Origin: an uncultured Planctomycetaceae bacterium
GTDB taxonomy: Bacteria; Planctomycetota; Planctomycetia; Planctomycetales; Planctomycetaceae
Direction of reading: 5' to 3'
NCBI GenBank assembly: GCA_963813715.1
Contig: CAWFAK010000009.1
Location: forward strand, 640,001 to 704,000
DNA length: 64,000 bases
The notes beneath the pieces are model-generated. The model did no database searches. It saw only the letters and a list, made by a program, of their open reading frames with translations, and had not been told where the DNA came from. The position numbers and the translations under genes are program-made. The number at the start of each line of letters is the position of its first letter. Position 1 is the stretch's first letter. Below, piece after piece: positions 55,539 through 64,000 of this stretch.

Positions 55539-55742
55539 GAAGTACAACGCCAGCCAGATGCAGATCGTCAGCTGCATCGCCAGCGGCACGAGGAAATGAA
55601 CCGGCGTGAACAGCAGCGCGATCGATCCGCCCGCAAGCAGGACGGCGACCGACTTGGCGACGCGGCCGAAGTCGTCGTTGATAAGAATGAAAATCGCGCC
55701 GAAGAATGCAAACGCCAACGGGAAGAGAAAGATCACTTGCAT
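55524..55742 (-). CDS. 72-aa membrane protein, paralog 2
   Basis: MQVIFLFPLAFAFFGAIFILINDDFGRVAK...FTPVHFLVPLAMQL..CIWLALYFQ. Confidence 0.75.
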   Translation of the reverse strand: MQVIFLFPLAFAFFGAIFILINDDFGRVAKSVAVLLAGGSIALLFTPVHFLVPLAMQLTICIWLALYFQMNR

Positions 55743-55811
55743 TGACCCACCGCGCATGGTCGCTGTTCACCGAGTTTGCGTGTAACGTCCACGGCGTGAT
55801 TGCCAATCGCC

Positions 55812-55840
55812 AGCTTATTCTTCTCCGCGACCCGCATCCA
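55812..55840 (-). promoter_or_regulatory. TGGATG-17-TAAGCT promoter copy 3
   Basis: Lies about 70 bp upstream of 72-aa paralog 2. Confidence 0.6.
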
Positions 55841-56131
55841 TACCTCGCGTACGAAAGCACCGCCCGGTTGATCCGCCGGTGGCGGACCGGCTCGCCTGGA
55901 CTATACTCCTGGTTCGCCGTCCAGAGGGGGTGAAGCTGGATCGCGTCAGCAGGACGGCAGTGGAAGGCGGCCGCCGAACGAGCGTGCGACCTCGCCATCG
56001 TCACGAACGACGCCCGCTGAATTCGTGCGCCGCTGCGGAATTCGAGCGCCTGCTTGACGTCCCGACTGTATTCGATAGATTCGGTACGTTCGGGCGGCAT
56101 TCCTAGCACTGCCACTCAAGGAACGCAGCGA

Positions 56132-57408
56132 ATGCCGAGCCTCCGATTGGCCGCCTCTTGTCTGGTCGTCGCCAATTTCCTGGTGGCCGCGACGACGCTG
56201 GCGTTCGCAGAGTCCGATGCAGAAGACGCACGGCTCAGGCCCTATCTCGAGGTTCTGAGGCGCGACGGCGTCGAGCCAGTGCGCTTCGTGTCACGGGCAT
56301 CGACCAGCACGACCTCGTGATTTTCGACGACGCGGTGCATCCCGCCGTCGAACCGTTTGATTTCTACCGCCAGTTGATCAACGACCAGACCTTCCAGCGG
56401 CACGTGCCGATCATCTTTCTGGAACTGATTCCGAGCAACAAGCAGCGGCACATCGAGGCCTATCTGAGTGCGCCGAGCGACGATCCGCGGCTCTTGTATC
56501 CCGCCTTTCAAGACAATGCCAACGGCCAGGGCTTCAATTTCAAGACGTATTTCGACTTCTTGAAAGCCGTTCGTGAAACGAATCAGTCGCTTCCCGCTGA
56601 TCGGCGTCTCCAAGTCGTTGGAGCCGGGGGCGAGACCTATTGGTCCGAAATCCAGACGCCGCGCGATCCTGCGGCTCTACTACCAGTCGACGTACGGCTA
56701 CGACCATCACATGTATGTCATTGTCCTCGAAGTGATGGAACACTTCAAAGCCGGGAAGAAGGGCATCCTGCTGACGAACACGCGGCATTCCTACAAAGGC
56801 ATCAAGCAAAAGAACGGACAGTATTTTTGGGACACCGGCACGTTCTTCGCGCAGTGGCATCCGGGAAAGACGTATTCGATTCGATTGCACAATGTGGCCC
56901 TATCGATTCGGGCCATCAAACCCGTGGATCCTGAAGACGTCACAGACTCTGCAAGGGATGGAGCGTCTCGACTACAAGTTTGTGCGGATGGCTCGTGGCC
57001 TGTGGGACACCGCGTTTCCGCGAACGGCGACCGGCCCGTCGCGATTCCGCTCGCTCACAATGTCTTTGGACAGGAGCCTTACATCGGCAACCATCAACCC
57101 GAGGCTTTGCCCAATCAGAAAATCGAGGATGCGTACGATGCGCTGATCTTCCTGGCTCCGCTGGAGAAACTGCGGCAAACCGCCCAAGTTGATTTCATTT
57201 ACACGCCCGCTTTTCGCCAGGAGCTGAAGCGCCGCTTTCGACTCGAACATTCCGAGGCCGAGTTAGCCGAAATGCTCAAGGGTGCGCGCACGAGGCGAAC
57301 CTCGACGATTGGTTTGCCAAGGCGCTCGTCACCGCGCCGGAACAGCCGTTGGAACTGGCCAAAACGCTCGGCCCGATCGACGAGTGGAAGCAGCCGGTGC
57401 GGCAATAA
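56132..57408 (+). CDS. Secreted hypothetical protein, possibly ChaN/EreA-like fold (several frameshifts)
   Basis: Signal peptide ending AFA; LVIFDDAVH, IFLE, RH, YDALIFL segments in collinear ORFs. Confidence 0.5.
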
Positions 57409-57605
57409 AGCCGTCCGACCACGATCGACTCCTGCTCCCTGGCGTTATCTCGCTCGCTGAACGCGACTCTCCGCGACGTGCCGTCCGCGGACAACCGCCG
57501 ACTCGTTAGCTGGTTCACGCCGCCGGTTCGCGGGGCTATACTTGCCGTCTCGCGGGCCGCACCGGGCGAGGGCCGGCCGTGTTAGGGAAAGGCAACGCAA
57601 ACTCG

Positions 57606-58721
57606 ATGGCGTCACAGTCTCAATTCGAACGGCCTCAATTCGAACGGCCTCAATCCGAACGGTGGAAATCCGAGCTGACGGTCGCGCTGGATGCCGTGCG
57701 GGCCGCGTCGCGGATTTGTCGCGACGTGCAGTCCAAAATTGCGGCCGACGTGTTTGAAAAAGAAGATCGCAGCCCCGTCACCGTCGCCGACTTCGCCAGC
57801 CAGGCCGCGATCTGCCGGCTGATCGGCGATGCGTTTCCGCACGATCCGATCATCGGCGAGGAAGAATCGGGAGCCCTCCGCCGCGAAGAAAACGGCCCAT
57901 TCCTCGAGCGCGTGATCGAAGAGCTGCGGGCGATCGGCGTCGAGGCCACCGGCGAACAGGCGTGCGACTGGATCGACCGCGGCTGCGAAAAGAAATACGC
58001 CCCGCGCTTCTGGACCCTCGACCCCATCGACGGCACCAAAGGCTTCCTGCGCCAGGAACAGTACGCCGTCTCGCTCGCCCTGATCATCGACGGCCGAATC
58101 GAAGTCGCCCTGCTCGGCTGCCCGAATCTGACCGCGACTGGTGAGGCCGACGACCCGGCAATTGAATCAGCGGACCCAACCGCGTCAACCGGCGCGATCT
58201 TTTACGCCACGCGCGGCGGCGGAGCGTGGGTCGTGCCGCTCGACGATCTGACGGCGACGCCGACCGCCGTCCACTGCAGCCACCTGGCCGACCCCGTCGA
58301 GGCTCGCTTCTGCGAATCGGTCGAATCGAGCCACACATCGACCAGCTTGTCGTCGCGCGTCGCCGAGGCCCTCGGCATGCACCGCGCCCCCTTGCGAATG
58401 GACAGCCAGGCCAAGTACGCGATCGTCGCCCGCGGCGATGCCGAAATTTACATGCGGCTCCCCGCCAAATACGGCTACAAAGAAAAAATCTGGGACCACG
58501 CCGGCGGCGTCCTCGTGGTCGAAGAGGCCGGCGGAATCGTCTCCGACGTGATGGGCCGGCCGCTCGAATTCAACCACGGCTACGAACTCTTGGCCAACCG
58601 CGGCATCGTCGCCGCCAATCGCGAGCTGCACGGCCGGGTCATCGCCGCCCTCGACGAAATCTACAAAACCTTCCCCGCCCCCCAAGGCCCGCTGCCGGCC
58701 CCCGGTTGGAAACCAACCTGA
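57606..58721 (+). CDS. 3'(2'),5'-bisphosphate nucleotidase (HAL2/inositol monophosphatase family)
   Basis: KEDRSPVTVADF, IIGEE, WTLDPIDGTKGF, DSQAKY, EKIWDHAGG. N-terminus carries three 15-bp repeats (SQFER PQFER PQSER). Confidence 0.92.
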   Translation: MASQSQFERPQFERPQSERWKSELTVALDAVRAASRICRDVQSKIAADVFEKEDRSPVTVADFASQAAICRLIGDAFPHDPIIGEEESGALRREENGPFLERVIEELRAIGVEATGEQACDWIDRGCEKKYAPRFWTLDPIDGTKGFLRQEQYAVSLALIIDGRIEVALLGCPNLTATGEADDPAIESADPTASTGAIFYATRGGGAWVVPLDDLTATPTAVHCSHLADPVEARFCESVESSHTSTSLSSRVAEALGMHRAPLRMDSQAKYAIVARGDAEIYMRLPAKYGYKEKIWDHAGGVLVVEEAGGIVSDVMGRPLEFNHGYELLANRGIVAANRELHGRVIAALDEIYKTFPAPQGPLPAPGWKPT

Positions 58722-59047
58722 ACGCCAGCTGAATTGGCGTTTTGCCTGGGAAATGGCGTAGAAATTCAAGGCGGCCGCCCGCTCGCCGACCTCCGCGCCG
58801 TCCGCACCGGCACCCGCTGGCGATGGGCAACGCGATTTGTTTAAATCGAAGTGCCTTTGACGACGAAACGGTCCCGCCCCCCGTGGCCGAGTCATTGACG
58901 CCCGGCCCCCCGTGGCCCGGTGATTGGAAACGGGGGCGCGGCTCCGGCCGAGCCTCGAGCTCGCACGTCTGGCTCGAGCGCGGGGCGAGTCGTGCGTCGC
59001 ACTCCCAAGAAACTGAATCCCCTCCGAATCATTCCTGGATGACTCAC

Positions 59048-61081
59048 ATGCGTTCTACTCGTCTTGCCGCTCGATCGATCGTCTTTGTGGCCGCGGGCCT
59101 GTTGATCGTTGTCGCCGCGACTGTCCGCGTGCCGGCCGACACGCCCGTCGAGAGCCAGTCGCACCTGCTCAACGACATCAAGTACCTCGCCTCCGACGAG
59201 CTTGAAGGTCGCGGCATCGGCACCAAGGGCCTCAACAAAGCCGCCGACTACATCAAAGAGCAATTCAAAGAAGCCGGGCTCGACGTCACCCAGGTCAAGG
59301 GCGACGCCTTCCAATATTTCAAGATGACCACCAAGGCCATCCTCGGCACGCCGAACACGCTCAAGTTCGTCGGCCCCGGCGGCAAGACGATCGAGCTCAA
59401 GCGCGACGTCGACTTCGTCCCCTGCTCCTTCGGCGGCGGCGGCAAGATCAGCGGCGACCTCGTCTTCGCCAGCTACGGCCTCGACGAACACGACTTCCGC
59501 GACTTCAAGGGCATCGACGTCAAAGGCAAGGTCGTGATCGTCATGCGACGCAACCCCGGCCAGGTTGAGGAAGAGCCGCAAGAAGGACCCGCCCCGGGCC
59601 CCCCCGGCCGCCGCCGTGCGAGCGCCGCCGACCTCCGCTCCAAGCTCAGCAACGCCATCGCCGCCGGCGCCAGCGCGATCATCTTCCTCAACGATCCGTT
59701 CAGCGTGCGAAAGAACGCCAAGGACGCCGAGTCCCGCGTCCGCCGCGCCAATAACCACCTCATCGACGCGGCCGTCGCGCTCGACACGGCCGAAGAAAAA
59801 GGGGCCAACTCCCCCGCCGTCGCCGAGGCGCTCAAAGAACTCCGCGAAGACGTCACCAAGCTCAAAAAGGCCAAGGCCGAGGTCAAGAATCCTGAGAACG
59901 ATCCGTTCATGAAGTTCGGCTACGGCGGCACCGGCAGCGACACCAGCATCCCCGTCGTTCAGCTCAGCCTCGACGCCGTCAATCGCGTGCTCGAGCCGGC
60001 CCTCGGCAAATCGATCACCCAGCTCGAAACGGCCATCGACAACGACATGAAGCCGCACAGCGCTCCGCTGGCCGGCTGGAAGGCCGAAGGCGTCACCACC
60101 ATCGACCGCTCGCCCACGCAGGTCAAAAACGTCATCGGCGTGCTCGAAGGCGAAGGCCCGAAGAAGGACGAAATCGTCGTCGTCGGCGCCCACTACGATC
60201 ACCTGGGCCGCGGCGGCATGGGCTCGCTCATGCCCGGCTCCGCCGAAATCCATAACGGCGCCGACGACAACGCCTCCGGCACCGTCAGCGTGCTCGAGCT
60301 CGCTCGCCGCTTCGGCCATCGCGGCAAGAAGCCCCCCCGCAAGCTCGTCTTCATGACCTTCTCGGGCGAGGAAGAGGGTTTGATCGGCTCAGCCTACTAC
60401 GTCAAAAACCCCGTCTTCCCGCTCAACAAGACGATCGCCATGATCAACCTCGACATGGTCGGCCGCCTCAAGGACGACAAGCTCACCGTCTACGGCATCG
60501 GCACCGCCCCGCACTGGGAAAAGCTCCTGAAAAAGCTCGCCCCCACGCACCAGCTCCACCTGATCCTCAAGCCGGAAGGCTTTGGGCCGAGCGACCAGTC
60601 GTCGTTCTACGGCAAGAAAATCCCCGTGCTGCACTTCTTCACGGGCACGCATCCCGACTACCACCGCCCGACCGATAAGTGGCCCAAGATCAACATCACG
60701 GGCATGGACCGCGTCGTCGACCTGGTCGAGCAGATCGTGGCCGACACCGACGAAAGCCCGACACCGCCGCAATACGTCGAAGTGAAGGGGAACGCCCGCG
60801 TCGAACGCCAAGGCAGCCGCCCCTACTTCGGCAGCATCCCCGACTTCGGCAGCGAGGTGAAAGGCTACGCCATCCAAGGCGTCAGCCCCGGCAGCCCGTC
60901 GGATAAGGCCGGCCTCAAAGGCGGCGACGTGATCATCGAAATCGGCGGCCGAAAAATCACCGGCCTCGACGATTTTGACCTGGCCCTCCGCCGCTTCAGC
61001 GCCGGCGACACCATCGACGTGACAGCCACCCGCGCCGGCAAGGAAGTGAAGCTGAAGGTGACACTGGGCGTGCCCCGCTAG
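59048..61081 (+). CDS. Secreted M28 aminopeptidase with PA and PDZ domains
   Basis: LASDELEGR, GAHYDHLG, NGADDNASG, FSGEEEGL, NLDMVG, HPDYH, C-terminal PDZ. Confidence 0.92.
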   Translation: MRSTRLAARSIVFVAAGLLIVVAATVRVPADTPVESQSHLLNDIKYLASDELEGRGIGTKGLNKAADYIKEQFKEAGLDVTQVKGDAFQYFKMTTKAILGTPNTLKFVGPGGKTIELKRDVDFVPCSFGGGGKISGDLVFASYGLDEHDFRDFKGIDVKGKVVIVMRRNPGQVEEEPQEGPAPGPPGRRRASAADLRSKLSNAIAAGASAIIFLNDPFSVRKNAKDAESRVRRANNHLIDAAVALDTAEEKGANSPAVAEALKELREDVTKLKKAKAEVKNPENDPFMKFGYGGTGSDTSIPVVQLSLDAVNRVLEPALGKSITQLETAIDNDMKPHSAPLAGWKAEGVTTIDRSPTQVKNVIGVLEGEGPKKDEIVVVGAHYDHLGRGGMGSLMPGSAEIHNGADDNASGTVSVLELARRFGHRGKKPPRKLVFMTFSGEEEGLIGSAYYVKNPVFPLNKTIAMINLDMVGRLKDDKLTVYGIGTAPHWEKLLKKLAPTHQLHLILKPEGFGPSDQSSFYGKKIPVLHFFTGTHPDYHRPTDKWPKINITGMDRVVDLVEQIVADTDESPTPPQYVEVKGNARVERQGSRPYFGSIPDFGSEVKGYAIQGVSPGSPSDKAGLKGGDVIIEIGGRKITGLDDFDLALRRFSAGDTIDVTATRAGKEVKLKVTLGVPR

Positions 61082-61173
61082 ACGCAAGGCGTCTTCGCGT
61101 TCGCAGGAGGGCGAGATCCTCGCCCCAACAGCCAACCCGTTTTCCGGCACACGCCCTTAATGCTCGCGGTTAC

Positions 61174-64000
61174 TCAAGCTCCAAACCAATGGTCGGCCTC
61201 GGCTACAGCTCCGACCGGCGCGACCCGCGTGGCGACAAGGCGTCTACACTTCTCCTTAGCTTGGCCGACAAGTTCAATGGGATAGTGATCGCAATTCTCG
61301 ACGACCTCTTCAGCAACCGCCTTCGGGATTCGCTGCGCTCGCAGCATAGTTGAATACGCATAATTGAAATAGCCGTCCCGTCTTGCTCCCTTATCGTAAC
61401 TGTTGGCCAACACGGGCAACCACGCCTTTGCTGTCGTCCTGTCCTTTTCAATTGCACGAAGTGCGACCTCCTGACAGAAGCCCAGCGTTGTCGGGTCGGC
61501 GCCGTCGTAAGTCGATGCAAGCCGCTCTCCAAGTGCTAGCGTGAGGTCGGGCGCGCGAAGGCTCAGCAGTATGATCATTCTGTCTGACATTGTAGCCGGT
61601 AGCACTTCGGCGTTCAGCGCTATCGCCCTCCGCCCAGTTACCCCGCTAGTGCCAAGAGCTCCGCACCCAGCGATTATCCGCTCCCACCAAGCGGAGTCCA
61701 CTCTCACGAGCATTTCATCTATTTGAGTACAAAGCCGCTCGATCACACTACCCCCCGCCCATCCGCCCAACATGAGCAGCACATGCGCCCTTTGCAAAGG
61801 GGTCCGCGCGTCCGCTAGCTGCCTCTCCCACCAAGACGCCGACCCAGCCCGAAGTCGCGCATATCGGGCCCGCCGGGCCAGCGGCACAGTCTCATCGAAG
61901 AGATCGCGAGCATCGTCACACGTTTCCTCTTTGGACCGGATTCCCGCTCCTACGCTTGCTAGTTTGATAAACGCCCACCGCTCTCCAAAACGCGCTCTTC
62001 CACCTTCCACGAGTTCCTGCCACGGACCGATTCGCGTTGCCCATTCGCCGGGAGGCCGCCGGTCCAGTTCGACGCTCAGCGCGACTACCTCTGCACATCT
62101 CCGCCCGGCCGCATACGCTCCACAACCTTCCGATAGCCACTTAGTTGGATCCGTCGCGTACTCGGGACTGTAGCGCTGCCACACAATACCGGATGCCCGC
62201 TCATCGCCTCCGAGCATATATCGGTATACCGCCCACACTTGGCCAAATGCGCTCAAAAGAGATTGCCCTTGCGTCCCCACATATTCTTCTGCCGAATCCA
62301 ATATATAATCAACAACTGCCTGAAAGCGGCTCTCTTTCGCCTCGACGAACTTGCTCTGGCCACCCCGGTCTAAGAACGATAAACGTTCCGCCACGTCCAC
62401 TGGGTCGGAGGCCATTGCTTCAAGCTCCGCGTCGGTTAGCAAGTCAAGTATTCCCAGGTGCCACCCGTAGCGCATCCACACCGTCTGACTGCTGCTTGCA
62501 AGACCAGCGCACGCCCCATACCACTGATCTCTTGCTTCAGCAGGGGTTGCATTTGCGCGCCATATCTGAACAAGCATTGCGCCATAGTCGCAAGGCTGCG
62601 AGTCTCGCAACAAAGAGACGCTTCGAGCAACAACCTCCTCCCTTCCACTCTGCTGTGGTAGGACGAGCAGCTGTCCCCCTCTATGGGAGCGCGCTACAGC
62701 ACTCATGTGCCTTAAGCCTGGCCCGTCAATTATCAACGCTACGACTTGTTTCATAGAGCGCGGATGCTGCGCGAACACCCAATCGGAAAGAAGGGTCGTT
62801 GCAAGTAGTTGCGCGTGACTTGTGGACTTATACCCTGGTGAGCGCGCCAGTTCTTCAAGACGATCAACGAGGGACGGCAGTTCGCCCTTGCTGTAGTCAG
62901 CCCGCGTAAAAGCGCGTTACGTTCTGCCAGAAGAAATCCCTTGCCAGTGCGTCGAATCTATCAGGCAGCGTCCCAGCACGTTCACCGCCGGGAGGCGAGT
63001 ATTGAGCGGTGTTATAGAGATGCCGCGCGGCAAAATATTCGCGGAGCGGCTGTACCTCGAATTCATATGTTCCTTCGACCCGCGATACCAGAGCGACGAC
63101 GCGCTCGACAAGCCCGGTGAACAGCGTATGCGCAAGTGCAACATTGTGCCCTTCGAAGGACAGATAGTGCGCCACAAGGTCATGCAACCGCTGAGCGCTT
63201 ACACTGCCTCGCGTCTGTTTGGTTTGGGATTCTGATTGAAGGATCCAAGCTAAGTAACGATGGATGTCCAAGAGCAGGTCACGATGGTCGCGGACGACTG
63301 TCGACTTCTCTGCCTCGCGATTAAAGAATAAATCCACGTAACTGTCGTACAGCGACGTTCGTTTGTCAGGTAGAGAGCCGCCTCGCGTTTGAATAAGGCT
63401 AAGCAGAATCGCTAGCTGCATCGGATTGCGTGCTAGCTCACGTAAATGAGGCTAGTCGACTTTGTCACGAAGGATGCGACGGACGTCGGCGGCTTCTTTT
63501 CCGTCGAGGCGACGCGCCCGGAGCCATTTCTCTGCATATTCGTCAATTAGAGGGCGCGTAATCGAGCCAAGCTGGATGTATGTGAAAGTAAGCTCCGACA
63601 GCCCTGGTGCGTTTGCAAAGGCCGCGGGCCGACTTGTAACGATTGTTTGGAGAGATGCCGCGAGTTTGCGCAGCCGATTAACGCCGGTGGCGATTGCGTC
63701 GACCACTTCCTTACGGCTTTGGATATCCGCGACTTCGTCGAGCCCGTCGCAGACCAAGAGGAGCGCACTGATCCGGGCGACGGCTTGAAGATCGGAGACG
63801 CTAAAAAGGGAGCCGCCGGAATAATGGGTTATGTGCGCTGCAAGGAACGACTCCAATGACTTATGCCACCCTTCAGGCGCAGGTGCGTTGTCGTCGGGAG
63901 CGAACGGGTTGCGTTGGTCTAACCAGACCGCGAGATCTCTACAATCAAGCTTGATGGGAAGTCGAACGGAAGTTGCGCGCGTGGGAGACCGGGTGCCTTC
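61174..64000 (-). CDS. NACHT/STAND-type NTPase with long helical C-terminus (5' end outside window; in-frame TAG at 63452-63454, frameshift ~62897)
   Basis: LPIKLDCRDL, Walker B LLLVCDGLDEV, IVTSRP, ARNPMQL, wHTH YEFEVQPLREYFAA. AT-richer, with atypical codon usage. Confidence 0.78.

Noticed and set aside
57618..57662. Three 15-bp tandem repeats at the start of the nucleotidase gene
   Set aside because: In-frame low-complexity N-terminal expansion; length changes would not shift the frame, so not a phase-variation switch.
57960..61081. Strong preference for C-ending codons in genes next to AT-rich inserts (also the MBL gene and the LRR 3' end)
   Set aside because: A spot count showed similar C excess in ftsH, so I cannot separate it from ordinary codon bias without computation.
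62880..62910. TGA after FYAG as selenocysteine or recoding
   Set aside because: The downstream coding sequence resumes in a different frame (TG[A]C TAC AGC), so it is a 1-nt insertion, not an in-frame stop.

Overview
64 kb of GC-rich bacterial chromosome. The gene repertoire (giant PQQ/beta-propeller protein, 24-aa LRR protein, BlaI/M56 pair, extended prepilin peptidase, AroD-AroE fusion) suggests a Planctomycete; this is inference. The backbone is housekeeping: rseP-dxr, ftsH, mutL, aroDE-aroK, pilD, hisH-hisA, a ubiD-family gene, comEC, leuB, a HAL2-type nucleotidase and an M28 peptidase. Accessory blocks are interspersed: a GriC/GriD (EhpF/EhpG)-like carboxylate-reductase pair, an orphan MT-A70 methylase, an AT-richer AIPR gene, two ArsR-SRPBCC modules with HicAB, a BlaI/M56 cassette, a variable region upstream of leuB, and an AT-richer NACHT/STAND NTPase running off the right end. 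About 18 genes, including core biosynthetic ones, carry 1-nt frameshifts, most likely unpolished long-read errors. I saw no tRNA, rRNA, CRISPR array, integrase or transposase. The most striking unexplained structure is that accessory cassettes sit between diverged duplicates of pieces of the resident neighbouring genes. These are a 159-bp, ~82%-identical copy of the junction between two convergent genes around blaI/M56, a 118-bp leuB fragment differing mostly at synonymous sites, and three copies of the leuB promoter boxes. Together they point to integrase-free, homology-anchored cassette acquisition next to the competence gene comEC.
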